Assembly: GCF_000143415.4 (NCBI RefSeq)
Contig: NW_003314261.1
Span: 1,998,117-2,062,116 of the forward strand
Length of the DNA stretch: 64,000 nt
Source: Selaginella moellendorffii
Lineage: Eukaryota > Plantae > Lycopodiophyta
Reading direction: 5' to 3'
Shown here: piece by piece, positions 25,195 through 37,032 of the stretch
Layout of the letters: every line of letters begins with the position of its first letter
Numbering within the stretch: the stretch's first letter is position 1
The notes under the pieces: generated by a model
The model's input: only the letters and a program-made list of their open reading frames with translations
Database searches by the model: none
What the model was told of the DNA's origin: nothing
Translations under genes and position numbers: made by a program

Positions 25195-26612
25195 ATGGAG
25201 GAGGGTAGCAGGGATTTAAAGAAGAAGCTCCTGATCCACGAGGATGAGAGCGGCCTGGAGCTTAGCCTGGGATTATCTCTGGGAGGAGGAGGAGGAGGGG
25301 GATCGTCGCTGGAGAAGAAATCGTCGTCATTGGCAGTAGCAGCAGCAGCAGCTACAGTGACTGGAGATGGGGATTCTTCCGCGCATGAAGAGGAATGGAT
25401 CTCTAGGACCAATAATCACAGCAGCCAGGAGCTGTGGCTGAGAAAGGCGATGATCCAGCAGCAACAGCAGCAGCAATCCCAGCAACAGTCCCGGCTGCGA
25501 GAGTTCCTCGCCGCTACTGCTACTCCCTCGTCATCTTCTCCGGACGTTTCCTCCCAGCAGCAGCAGCAACAGATCGCCGCGGCGCACGTAGCCGCCGCTG
25601 CCTGGAGGCAAATGAATCACGTCGATCCAGCCGCGAAGTTCATGAGCTCCAGCGGCATGCCTCTCTCGATGGGCGATCTAGCGAAGTTCCTGGCGGCTGC
25701 AAAGTCGACGTCTTCTTCGTCGGCTCTTGCTGGCCACCAGCCCCAGCAGCAGCAGCAGCAGCAACAGGCCCAGCCTCGCGAAGACGACGAGGAGCTTGAT
25801 TCCGTGGAGCAGCAAAGAAAGTTTTTCCAGCACCAGGAGGCGCGGAAGAAGCGAAAGATGCTCATCGACGAGCAGAAGCAAAACAAAAAGGCCAAGGACG
25901 ACGACAAACCCGGTAAGAAGAACGTAGAAAACGCAGAGCGCTTTCGATTTTCTGATCTCCTCCCTTGGTTCCAGATGGAGCCGAGAATGCCGCTGGCGGC
26001 CTCTCACACATGCAGCGCGCCACCTCGCTGGGAACTTTCCAAAACCAAGCCGGCCCTTCCGCCATGGCCGCGCTCGCCACCCAACTTATGCGGAGAACGA
26101 TCTCGGACTCCTCCCTCGTCGCGCAAGCACAAGCATCGTCCAGAGACGACGGCAATCCCGCTGCTGCTGCTGCTGCTGCTGCTCAGGCCGATCCAGCGAC
26201 AGAAGCTACTGCGAGAGCTCTGGATCCAAACGCCACCGCCGACGAGACGAAGCAGCTCCTGGGGATGTGGCAGCTTGGCACCACAGTGGACATGCCAGCG
26301 GCGGAGAGCATAGATCCGGAGCTGAGCAGCCTCCGGCCGGGGACGGTGGCGGGGCAAATCGGAGGGACGGGCTCGTCACCCGATCTGCCGTGGGTGTCGG
26401 CCTCGGGGCCCGGCGGCAAGGCCATCAGCGGGGTCGCGTACAAGCTGTTCCAGGGGCAGTATAAGATCGTGTGCTCTTGCCACGGGCTCCATATGTCCCC
26501 CAGCGATTTTGTCAAGCACGCTGAGAGCCCGGACGCTTCATCTGCCAATGGCGGCGGCGTCAAGGGCCTCGGAGATTCCATGCCCGTGCTCAGCCAAGTG
26601 ACTCCCGCATAA
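25195..26612 (+). CDS. NINJA/AFP-family co-repressor adaptor, 451 aa (exons 25195-25912, 25975-26612)
   Basis: EAR motif LELSLGLSLG, B domain QEARKKRK, C-terminal TIFY-binding domain LPWVS...ISGVAYK...IVCSCHGLHMSPSDFVKHA. A 62-nt intron joins the two ORFs in frame. Confidence 0.92.
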
Positions 26613-27130
26613 AAAGTAACCATGACACGAAAAAAATCGACATATATTTTTCTGCTTATATTGACCTTCACAAAAGCATCAACATCGTACTTTGATCGTG
26701 TGCTCTTTAACATCGCAGATATTACAAGTTCACATCAAAGTGAACTTGGAGATCAGATTAGATGTTACTCGCAACCACTCTTCTGGAAGAGGGAGAAACT
26801 GGGAATAAATTTGTTATTTTTCTCACCTACCAGTTTTTGGTGGAGCTGCTGACTTGAAATGTCACGTGACTTTTCTGTTTAAAATAGACATTTAAAAAAG
26901 CTTTCTTTTTTCTTTTCTAAATACTTTTAGAAAAGTTGTATATACACTTGATTGAAGTAACTCGCGGGCGGGCTCAAAATCTGTTCTTCCCCGACTTGTA
27001 GGGACAGTCGTGCCTGCTGTTGATTGAAATCTCTCTCACCTCCACTAGATTAATCACTTTTTCGGGCCGCGATTTCTTCTCGACTCGATGGTCACTGTTC
27101 GCTACCTCTTCGCTGGCTGCTGCCCACTTG

Positions 27131-28999
27131 TCAATCGTCCCGGGGGGACATCTCATCCAGCGAATCCGCCGAGGAAGCAGCCGAGGAGGACGAAGACGAG
27201 GTGGAATAGTCACTGCTCGAGCCCGAGTAAAAGTCGTCCTCCTCGGACTCGTCGTCGTGCACCAGCATGTCCCACAGAAAATCCCGCCGGGATCGTCTAT
27301 CGCTGGCCATGACCACTTCCTCCCACACTTGCGAGCTCCTCCCCCGGTAGAGCTCCAGCACCGAGGACGCGTCCGGGTTGAGCAGTGCCAAGTCCCTCAC
27401 GGTCTCGAACCCCGCCTCGTTCAGCCTCTTGAGCTTGCCAGGCCCGTCTTTCACCCCGATCAGCTCCGGCAAGCCACCCATCCTGCTCGTCGAGTAGATC
27501 CTCGCGTTGTCCACCGCGTCGCAGTACCTCTCCAGCGACGCCGCGAACATCTTGTGCGATCTCAGCTGCGCGGGGATGGGCACGAAGCGATTGGTGATAA
27601 TCGCCCTCCTGATCCCGCGGACCACCGCCAGTAGCGCGTCGCAAGTCACCCCGACGAGAACGATCCGATAAGCCGGCCTCTCCTCCTCGCACAGCTTCCC
27701 TGAAGCACCGGTTTTTGTTTTTCTCTCAGCCACCTTAGTTGATAGTGGAACCCGTGACGAGAATGTACCTAGAAACTCGTCCACCACCTTCTGCTGCTCG
27801 CCATCGCTGTTATTTTGGAGCTCCTGATCCTCCTCCAATGAGGCCAGGAACTCGTCCTCGATGCTCGTCTCCTCCGCCTCCACGGGCTCCCAGTACCGCT
27901 CCACCAGAACCCCGTTCTCGTCCAGCCTATACCCGGGTCCCAGGCGGTACCGCCGCCGGTGGACGTCCCGGGCCATGGCGATGGTCTGCATCACGAAAGG
28001 CTCCCACGACATTGTCCCGTCGAAGATCACGTCCCTCCCTTCGTTGAGAGCCGAGACGAGCAGCGACGAGGCGGCCCGAGTGGAGGAGTCGTGGACGAGC
28101 TGGGAGGCCATGCTCACGTCGCCCGAGCCAGAGCTTAGCGAGCGGTAGAGCACATCAGCCTCCTTGAACGCGTCGGCCTCCACCACCACGGCGTCATGAC
28201 GCACGATACTCTCCGTGGCGTGGAGAAGCTCCTTGACTACGGTGCTCTTGCCCGCTCCCATTCCACCACCAACGAGCATCAGCACTGGGCTCCTCCTTTG
28301 CCTCTTGAATTCTCCTCCAAGCTCATGATCACAGTCGGGCAACTCCCTTGCTTCCAAATGCTTGATGGTTTTCATCGCCTTGATCGTCTCCACCAGCGTC
28401 GCGAAAGCCCGCTTCGCCTTGAGCGTTTGCATGGCTCGCTGGAACCGATGCTTTCTCGTCGCGGCCATGACAATGCTTCTCAAGTTCCTCTGCCCGCTTC
28501 GGACTTGATCCAGCAAGTGGGCCGAGTGTTGCCAGTGGAAGGAGAAGTAGGAGATCATGCACGAATCCAGCTCCTTGACGAGCTCGTCAAAGACCATCTG
28601 CGAGGAGCTCGGGTCTTTAAGTCTCTTGGAGAGGAATGCCGCGATGTTCTCCAGACTACCGTCGCTGGGGCTCTTGTCCCCGTTGAGATACTCCATGGCG
28701 ACCTTGGCCAGCGCCTTGGCCACGGGGGAGTTCTTGCTCAGTCCAATCTGCCTGGCCACGTAATTCCCATAGAGCTCAATGGTCTTGGCGAGGCCGCCGC
28801 TAGTGAGGCCAATGTGAGCGATCAGAGCCTCGAGATCGCCGGAATCCGGCCGGGCCGCCAGGATCTCTCGGCTCTGCTGGGAATTTTGGTGGAAACTTTG
28901 ACTTTGATGCTGCTGCACTTGCTCTTGGTTCCTGTGGATTTGCAAAACCAAAGCAAACGCACCTGTTACCGTGAACGACCCCAGGTGCTCTCTCATCAT
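27131..28999 (-). CDS. Zeta-toxin-fold P-loop kinase, calmodulin-dependent NAD kinase (NADKc / At1g04280-like), intronless, 622 aa
   Basis: VLMLVGGGMGAGKSTV Walker A, VVVEADAFKEAD, ALNEGRDVIFDGT, AVVRGIRRAI, QLRSHKMFA. Confidence 0.88.
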   Translation of the reverse strand: MMREHLGSFTVTGAFALVLQIHRNQEQVQQHQSQSFHQNSQQSREILAARPDSGDLEALIAHIGLTSGGLAKTIELYGNYVARQIGLSKNSPVAKALAKVAMEYLNGDKSPSDGSLENIAAFLSKRLKDPSSSQMVFDELVKELDSCMISYFSFHWQHSAHLLDQVRSGQRNLRSIVMAATRKHRFQRAMQTLKAKRAFATLVETIKAMKTIKHLEARELPDCDHELGGEFKRQRRSPVLMLVGGGMGAGKSTVVKELLHATESIVRHDAVVVEADAFKEADVLYRSLSSGSGDVSMASQLVHDSSTRAASSLLVSALNEGRDVIFDGTMSWEPFVMQTIAMARDVHRRRYRLGPGYRLDENGVLVERYWEPVEAEETSIEDEFLASLEEDQELQNNSDGEQQKVVDEFLGTFSSRVPLSTKVAERKTKTGASGKLCEEERPAYRIVLVGVTCDALLAVVRGIRRAIITNRFVPIPAQLRSHKMFAASLERYCDAVDNARIYSTSRMGGLPELIGVKDGPGKLKRLNEAGFETVRDLALLNPDASSVLELYRGRSSQVWEEVVMASDRRSRRDFLWDMLVHDDESEEDDFYSGSSSDYSTSSSSSSAASSADSLDEMSPRDD

Positions 29000-29458
29000 C
29001 GCATGAGGCGGATGATAGAGCTTGGCGCTCGAAATATCCGCCCTGGGAGCCAGCCTGATCGATCGATCGCCGTTTCTTGGAAGAAAAGGAAAGATCCGAG
29101 GCTAGTCTCCCCCGTTACTGTCGCGGATTGGAGACAGCGCAGAATCTACACGAAACAGCGAAGAAGAGAATCCCTCTGCCGCATGGAAGCCCCCAAATCC
29201 CTAACGGGCGCCAAGAGACCAGAGAAAAGCCCTATATAAAAAGAGACGCCCATTCCGTACGTTTTATTTTACGCGCTCGCGTACATGCTGACCAGTGACT
29301 CCAGAGAGGCGTTCTACTGTTTCGAACTCGCGACCTCCGTTGGCCCCGGACGGCCGTCGATCCCTTCCCGCGATCAGGAGGCACCGTCCCCACGATTCTC
29401 ACAACGTTGGATTTTTATCTTCTCCTTCCTCTGTGGGTTCTCTTTCGTGACGACGGCG

Positions 29459-30832
29459 ATGGAGAAGGCAGTGCTTTTCCAGACCCAACTGGAGGATGTG
29501 ATGGGAGATTTTGGCTACAAGAAGCCATTGCTCTGGGCCACGTCGATTCTCACTGGAATTCTCATGTCCACGCTTGTAAGTCAAACGTAAAAACCATAAA
29601 AAAGACGAAGGAACTTACCATGGATCGGTCGACTTGTCGAGCAGGCATTCGAGTCGATGCAGGCTTACGGCCCGGTTCTCTTCCCAAATGCGTACACCAA
29701 GCTCTCGGACAAGGACAGGGTCGAGTGGAACAACAGGTATTCCAAGTCAATTCGGTCTGCTCGTAGTATTTAAAGTTTTGTAGGCGGGTTTATGTGAGTC
29801 GCGTCACTACATGTCAAAAACGTGGTCAGAGAACGCATAGAAAAGAAAAAAAGCTATGGATGTGAATCAGTTCACCTGTGAAGAAGATGGAGAAATCGCG
29901 GTTTGACCATAATGCAGGGCAATCTCTTTCACGCACGCCGTCGTCGCGACATTGGTGGCCGGATATCTTTTCTTCGTCTCGGACCTGTTTAGAGAAGAGG
30001 TGGCGTATGGACCTGTTGTGTTCCGGAGCACCATCTTCACCCAGTTCTTCCTCGGGGTTCGGTACTTTATGTTGGAAAAATCTTCCATCGATCATACTGT
30101 TCTTCCAGGTCTCAAATGGATACTTTATCACGGACATGGCGATGTTGCTGAAATATTATCCGAACCTGGGAGAGATTGAGTTTGTGAGTGTACACAAAAC
30201 TGAAAAAAAACAATGAAAAAAACTCACCGGTCATACGTAACAGGTTGTTCATCACGCTGTCTCCATTATCTCGCTCTTCCTGGCAGTGCATAGCGGATAT
30301 GCACACATATATCTATACACGGTACTCCTGTCCGAGAGCACGACGCCTTTTATAAACATTCGATGGTACACAAGAAATCGAATTCATGCAAGCACGACCA
30401 AAGAGATAAGTTAACAAAAAAAAGACAAACGTGGATGCAACAGGTACCTGGCAGCGGCGGACATGAAGAAAACTCGAGCTTATACAATCAATGGCATTGC
30501 ACTCTTCGTGAGTTGGCTGGTAAGTTTGTCTTCCTCCTGCTACAAACAAGAAAAAAAAGTTTTGAACTTATTACTTCTGTAAGACAGATCGCTCGAATTG
30601 TCCTCTTTGTTTACCTCTTTGCTCACATGTACTGGCACTATGACGAGGTATTTCGTGTTGCTTCGAAATTCCTGCATTGAAAGCTCGAACTTCCTTGCAG
30701 GTGATTGAAATAGATACCATCGGATACTATTTCATGTTTTTCTCGACGTCTGTATTTGCTATGATGAACCTGTACTGGTTTGAGAAGATTGCCAGAGGCT
30801 TGATCAAAGTATTAAAGTCCAAGGAAACTTGA
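29459..30832 (+). CDS. TLC-domain (TRAM/LAG1/CLN8; TMEM56-like) membrane protein, 8 exons
   Basis: The spliced product has RVEWNNR-AISFTHA, GYFITD, VVHH, ESTTPFINIRWYL, NGIALFVSWLIARI and MNLYWFEKIARGL. Confidence 0.9.
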
Positions 30833-30916
30833 ACACTGTAAACTAAAGAGAGCGCTTTCAAAGAGAAAACAAATCCATATACAAACGAAAATTCCAAACA
30901 TTAGCCTGATGAAACA

Positions 30917-32227
30917 TTAAATTTCAATACCGTCGTGTCTTCCATTCGTAGCAATAGGCTTGGCAGCTTTCTCGGCTTTCCTCCTCTTCCAGTGTACCAT
31001 CCAAGTAGCGACCTCCAGAAGCAAAGAGATGACCGCGAGGACCACAAGTATACCGGTGTATGCACGACGCCACTTGTTGTGCGGTTCCAGAATATCGAGG
31101 CCTTTATAGATGTTAACGATCGCGAGGAGCAACGTCAGGTAGCCAATAGTGCGATGATAGACTTTCCAGTATGGACGTGCTTTGTGATCGAGCCCTGGCC
31201 TCAATATCAGCGACAAAACCTGAGTGATCATAGAAAAGTAATGCTCTACATCTTCAAACTGTGGAAAGCAATGAGAACTACCTGGAGCGTCCCGAAAACA
31301 AATAAAGTTATCCCGATGTTCCTATGCTTGTGATAAACTACACCGACGGAGTAGCTTCCGAGCCTAAGCCCGATAGCCCAGCCAATAACACCAAGAATGT
31401 AGCCAATAACCTGAAACGGAACGTGGAGAAAAAACCATGCGCTGTCATGGAAAGGTCGCAAGTATCTAGCAAACATGGCACCGAGCGGGAGTAAAATCCC
31501 CCAGCCAATAGCATTGATAAGTCCATGAGCCTGCAAATAAAAAACTTTAGTCGAGCATGAAACAAAAAGAGAAGAGAATACATACCTCCTTAAGCTTCTG
31601 ATGCAGAGGACGTGACGATAAAAGTGCTCCGGAGGTGATATCAAAAACACCTCTACCGTTCAAGTCATTCGTGCCGAGCGCGTGTTGCTGGGGACTAAAG
31701 TTGATGACACTGGATCCCCGGTTCCATACGTGGTTGAGCCTCGTCTGATTTGGCCTGAGCTGGATCAAGGCGTAGAGCCTCATGTTTCGCTCTTGAATCA
31801 CCACTGCCCGATCCAGGACGACGAGATCGATCGGGCTGCACGTAAGTGGCCTCAGCGCCTGGGTCTCTTCCGTCAACTTGTAGTCGAGCAAGTTACTCCC
31901 GTTTCCAGCTTGGAAGGCGACCAAAGCGTTGGTCCCGATCATCACTGGCCTGGCTCCAAAGTTTATGCCCCAGCCGACCCATCCGGAGGAAGAGGGCGCC
32001 ACTCCGGAGAAAACCACGGCTAGCGTGTTTCCAGAAGCGTTGTACGACCACGCGAGAGAGGCCTGCTGTGACGGAAGATTGACGCACGTCGCAAAGGTCA
32101 TGGAGGTCCTGTTGCTGAAAGTGAGAGACCTGGAGCACGACTGGGCCATTGAGGTGATGGCCAAGCACTCAAGAAATAATAAAATCGCCACCGCGCCTTC
32201 GCTAGACCTTTTCCATGGATCTGGCAT
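30917..32227 (-). CDS. Cytochrome b561 and DOMON domain protein (CYBDOM), 397 aa (exons 32227-31586, 31530-31282, 31219-30917)
   Basis: Signal peptide, DOMON motif GWVGWGIN...MIGTNALVAF, b561 motifs HGLINAIGWGILLPLG, WFFLHVPFQ, HRNIG, YHRTIGY. Confidence 0.93.
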
Positions 32228-32776
32228 CGTTCCTACACGAGAAAGAAAGAAGAGATTATCAGCTGCGAAGAAACCCTATACCCCGCCAGGGCAATCCGAT
32301 CGACGCAGCTAGAGAACGCGCTCCTGGCACAAGAACGGAGCTCTAGAGCACCGGATTACCCGCATTTTGATAGATTCGAGCGATTGGCGCAAGAACTCAC
32401 CCGGAAATGGAGGCGTTGAGCGCGCAAAAATTCGATGCGCCGCGGCAAGATCCGGCGCCGTAACGCAGCGCCTCGCGCTCACGCAAGATTCGTGAGGGAA
32501 ACGCCCTTGAGCCGCCGCCTGGGAGATGCCAGGATTTGGGTTCTTCCCTTCCCGAAAGAGCGGGAGACCAAAGTTCTCTTCGTGTACGTAATAAAAAAAT
32601 TTCGCTCGCGGTCCCACCGTACAACTAAGCTAGAAGTGGGACCAATCTGGAGCGTGAGCTTACATCACACGTGGAGGGATCTGGAGCGTCGGCCATCGCA
32701 TTCAAGTTATTGACTTTGGTGCTTCTAGTTGCTGATTCTATCATAACATGGCCTTGTGGCGTGGAATAATCTGGAG

Positions 32777-34012
32777 CTAAAGTTGAGTATAGTTGACTAC
32801 GTTGACTTGGTGATGGAAGGCGTTGTTGCTTGAGCCGGGAAACAACAGGGGTGGAGTTGGAGTTGGAGTTCTCGAGATGAAATCCTGGACGACTTGGTTT
32901 TGAGGAAATGCCAGAGCCTGGTGTTGATGCTGGAAATCTTGCTCCAAAGTACTAGGGATTGGCCTCTCCTCCAAAGCGCTCGACGGCAGCGCCACTCCAG
33001 TGCTGGAACCCACTGCTGACATATCAGGCTGCGAGCTCGGATCGATCAGCATGCTTCCAAATTGCCATGATCCTCCTCCGCTAGCCGATCGATTCCCAGG
33101 GAACATCACGCTTTGCTGCTGCTTGTTCCGCATCATCTCCAAGGAAAGGCTCAAGATTTGCGATGCCGAGCTCTCCTGACCGCCGGAGAGCAGCGCCTGG
33201 ACAAAAGGGTCACTGCTGGTGCTCGCTGCGAGCCTCCTCACACTCAAATTGTCGTGCTGGTCATCCATCCCAATCTCCGGGAGAGACGCCAGTATATCCT
33301 CCTCCACCGTGCTCCCATTGCCCGTCCTTCTCGACTCACTCTTAATCACGCTCGTCCTGCTGTACGCTTTCGCCTTCTTTTTGTAAATTCGGCATAGCAC
33401 CCAGTCGTCCAGCTGAAAAAAATGGAAGTCAAACATAGTCAAAGCCAGTCAACATCTAGTCAGCGGCTTTCAAACCCGCAGTGATCCTCGCTTCCTGGCG
33501 AAGAGAGCCTTGTTGTTTGGATCCACGAGACGGTACTCGTGCATTATCCAGTTGGATTTGACGCCCTTTGGAGCTCGTCCTTTGTAAAAGACGAGCGCCT
33601 TCTTCACTCCAATCTTCCTGCCGTCGGCGGAGCTGTGGATCATCTTGTCCGTGCCAGTGGCTTTCCAGTAGCCTGACGCGGCCGCCCTGTTGGGACGAAC
33701 TCCATTGGGGTACTTTCGGTCCCTGGGGCTGAAGAAATACCACTCCTTTTCTCCAAAGCTTGCCTGCTGGGGAAGCTCCCACGGATCAAACTTGTACAAG
33801 TCCACCTCGGTGACGATGGGAAGCGGCTTGAAGCTGTGCGACGCGAGCTTCCTGGAGAGGTAGTGGACGACGAGCTCCTCGTCCGTGGGGTGGAATCGAA
33901 ATCCCGGCGGCAATTGCAGGTGATTGGAGGAGCCGGAAGCTTGATCGGAGCTTAGATGCTGCTGTTGCTGCTGGTTTTGCTCTCCAGTGCTGCAGTGCTG
34001 ATCCAGGTCCAT
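32777..34012 (-). CDS. NAC transcription factor, ATAF/NAP(stress)-like (exons 34012-33476, 33412-32777)
   Basis: [57 protein letters not shown]|[12 protein letters not shown]. Confidence 0.95.
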
Positions 34013-34648
34013 TGCGTTCGAGATTGTAGAATTTGAGGAAATCCACGCACTAAAATCCAAGGCCAGTACTACGCACTAGAAGTTTCGCCATGCCCGATCA
34101 GGAGATACACCCTGCTGAAGAGACAGACAAAGTGTCCTCAAACTTACCCAAACAAGTCACGAAAAAAAGCCCACACTGCGTACGTAGATTCCATCGCATA
34201 TCCCACTTCCAGGCGTCCGCGTGCCTAGTTTCAAATCCCCTTCCATGGCCCCATTTTCTCAATAACACAACACACAAACATACAAAAAAGTGCTATGAAG
34301 CGACAGCTTCTTTTGTATCGCGACAAATCACACCATCACACCGCCACCCATGCCCATGGAATATATTCCATGGATCATTGTGATGGATGGATAGTATGGT
34401 TTTTGATAGATGTATCATAGCCGTCATGTAATGAGGGCCGGGGTGGCGTACGGAGGTGGGCTTCTTGTCCTTGTGGCCCAGAAGGTTTGATCGATTCGTC
34501 ACAGCATTTGGAAGAGGCGTGGCATGCCGTACAAGAAAGAGAGCACACACTTATCACTCCCAAGTTTAGGGCAGAGAATATTTAGTTAAGTTATTCATTT
34601 CAGCTGAACCCTAGAAATTTCCAGAGCGCTTTCAAACAACACTAGAAG

Positions 34649-35359
34649 TTAGTCAGTGGAGACTTTCCTCCTCGAGGGCGGAGGAGCAACGAGCTTGCTG
34701 GATCCATCGGCGGTGGCGCCGCCCCTGCGAGCTCTCCGCGAGTTCTCATACTCAAACTTGAGAACGTTTTGAATGTGGCCGCTGTCCTTGATGTAGAAGG
34801 CGCGAGCGATCCTCGTCTCCTCAATCACTGGGAAGAGCGGCACCATCAATCTGTAAACCACGAAGTACCACAAGCTGCCCATCACCAGGCCAGCTCCGGC
34901 CCCGGCGAAAACCTGTGACACTGTGTGGTAGCCGAGGTAGATCCTCGAGTACATTGTGAGCACCGCGAAAGGCCACGGGAGTAGCACCACCATCGCCCTT
35001 CTCAGCGAGCCGTGGAAGGACCATCTGAACAGCGCCGACAAGCTGATGAATGTGGAGAAGAAGGACATGTACTGCGAGTGACTGGAAGGCCAACCGTGGG
35101 AGTCGCACATCTCGAGCAGCTCGCAAGTCAGTGGCCTGGCCTGCTTCACCTCCTCCTTGATCTTCTCGTTGCAAAACTCGGACATGATGAGCCCGGCGGC
35201 GAAGAACATCGCCAGGAGCTCTCTCCGGAAGATGAAGTGGGAGACGAATCCCGCTGAGATGAGAATGGGCAGTAGCGAGGCCCACGCCATTAGATGCCCA
35301 ATATCGTCGCCAACCTCGTACCTGACATGGGTCACTGAGACTGCCTTGAGAGACGCCAT
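34649..35359 (-). CDS. PAP2 lipid phosphate phosphatase gamma / dolichyl-diphosphatase, intronless
   Basis: LKAVSVTHVRY N-terminus and PAP2 motifs KxxxxxxRP, PSSH, SRIYLGYHTVSQV. Confidence 0.93.
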   Translation of the reverse strand: MASLKAVSVTHVRYEVGDDIGHLMAWASLLPILISAGFVSHFIFRRELLAMFFAAGLIMSEFCNEKIKEEVKQARPLTCELLEMCDSHGWPSSHSQYMSFFSTFISLSALFRWSFHGSLRRAMVVLLPWPFAVLTMYSRIYLGYHTVSQVFAGAGAGLVMGSLWYFVVYRLMVPLFPVIEETRIARAFYIKDSGHIQNVLKFEYENSRRARRGGATADGSSKLVAPPPSRRKVSTD

Positions 35360-35602
35360 TGCCGTAGCTTGGTCTATCCAAACAAGCCCTCTCCTTCGCC
35401 CTCCAAAAGTTGTGAGACCTAGAAACAGAGCGAAGAAGATATAAGGCTTTAGAAAACTTTGCAAGGAATTGACCACTTATTGCTCCCGGGAAGTTTAGAT
35501 ATGCGTTGCTGCTCTGGCCTTACCACGAGATCCTTTTGCCACGCGGAGTGAACTGTGGCAGCTTCCAAGCTCAACGTGTGTCCTCAAATTAAACTTAAAT
35601 GA

Positions 35603-36064
35603 TCACTGTAGGCCTAAGGTTCCATCGCTTTCATTTGGAAATGTAATGCATCGAAAGACTCGGCAGTGAGAGCAAAGCATAGCTCCAACCTGTGCGTCGA
35701 TTCATCGCTCATTAAAAGAGGGCAAAATTCTATTCTCGCACTTACAGCTTTGCAGGAAGGGCAGCGGCGGTAGAATCGGCTCTTCCTCACTTGGACGTTC
35801 GTCTTCTGGCCATTGCAGAAGCTACAGATCGTCCAGCCGCGGCCGTCGCAAGCATCGCAAGGAAGATTCACCTGTGGGAGGACCTGATTCTGGAAATTTC
35901 GGGCGAGAAAGCAAGGAGATGTGGAGAAATTCCAGCGCGCATACCTGTGGCGATGAGGCGCCGGCGGCAGCGGCTGCTCTAGGAGATCGAAATCTTCTTC
36001 TGGGGATGGAATCCTCGTCAGCGGCGGGAGAGCGCCATAGCCAGGACTTCACAAGCGATGCCAT
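35603..36064 (-). CDS. Small DnaJ-type cysteine-rich zinc-finger protein, 3 exons
   Basis: Spliced: ...PQ|VNLPCDACDGRGWTICSFCNGQK...RRCPSCKA|VGAMLCSHCRVFRCITFPNESDG..*. Confidence 0.85.
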
Positions 36065-36138
36065 TTTTCCTTTCTTAGCAACCACCCAATATAGAAACTA
36101 GTTTAGGGCTTCGCTAGGGTTTAGGGCTTGATGAGAAA
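36065..36138. promoter_or_regulatory. 74-bp bidirectional spacer with telo-box-like motifs
   Basis: Head-to-head ATGs at 36064 and 36139. Contains tttaggg and tagggttttaggg. Confidence 0.6.
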
Positions 36139-37032
36139 ATGCGAGGACTAGCGCTGTGGAAGCGATTGCAGGGGGCGCGGGCGATTTCCACGCGATCGAT
36201 CCTGCTCGATGAGGCGCCGGGGGCGAGCGATCTAGCTGCGGTCGAGAAAGGTGAGCGTTTCTATGCATGTTGCGCCGGAAATTCTGGAATATTGATTGAA
36301 AGAATGGATCCAGCGTCTGCCAAGCTCAAACGGAAGAAGCCAAAGAAGCTGCTGAAGTTTGGCCTGGATGAATCCAACGCGGGAGAATTGCAACGCGTTC
36401 ATAGTGCACGCAGAGAGATTGATAAGTGGCTCGAGCATCCAACGTTCTTCAATATGATAGCAAGTAAGCTACATTCTTCGATTTTTATGTTTTCGCTCGA
36501 GTTTCTGATTCTAAATTCTCTTGCAGAGGATGATGTTTCACTGAGGCCGGACGAAAAGAAGGAAAAACCACGATCGACTCCAATAGGCAAAGGCCCTGTT
36601 CTAACGTGGGAGACTTGCATAGTTTTTCCATACGATGGCACTTCATGGCATCCTCTCAATCGCAAGGTGAAGTTAAAAGTCCGTGTCAGCGACTTTCGTC
36701 TCAAGCCAATGCAACGGAGGCGCCTACTTGACTTGGTCGATCGCCGATACGAGCCAGCATTTGACGAGCTCACCATCACTTGTGACAGGTATGTTTCTGA
36801 TCTACGAGTTCTCGGTTTTCTGTTTTCCTGAAACCTGTTTTCGCGATGCAGGTTTGAGAAACGCGAAGACAATCGCAAAGAGGCTCTGAGGCTTTTGTAT
36901 GCTCTTTTGGAAGAAGCTACAAATCCAATCGCGGCAGTTTTAGCGAATAGCGGGGGACCTGGAGAAACGGAAGGGGAAGATGCCTCATCGGATCAATCAA
37001 AAGAAGAGACCAGCCCGAATGATCCTGCCTAG
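36139..37032 (+). CDS. Mitochondrial ribosomal protein mS35 (S24/S35 family), multi-exon
   Basis: VLTWET...SWHPLNRKVKLKV...RRY....DELTITCDR|FEKREDNRKEALRLLYALLEEA and a basic N-terminal targeting peptide. Confidence 0.88.

Noticed and set aside
27131-28999. Bacterial zeta toxin / toxin-antitoxin system or HGT
   Set aside because: Motifs match the conserved plant NADKc-like family, and no antitoxin is present.
27020-29239. Long antisense ORFs (27020-27634, 28196-29239)
   Set aside because: Shadow frames of a GC-rich CDS, with no recognisable motifs.
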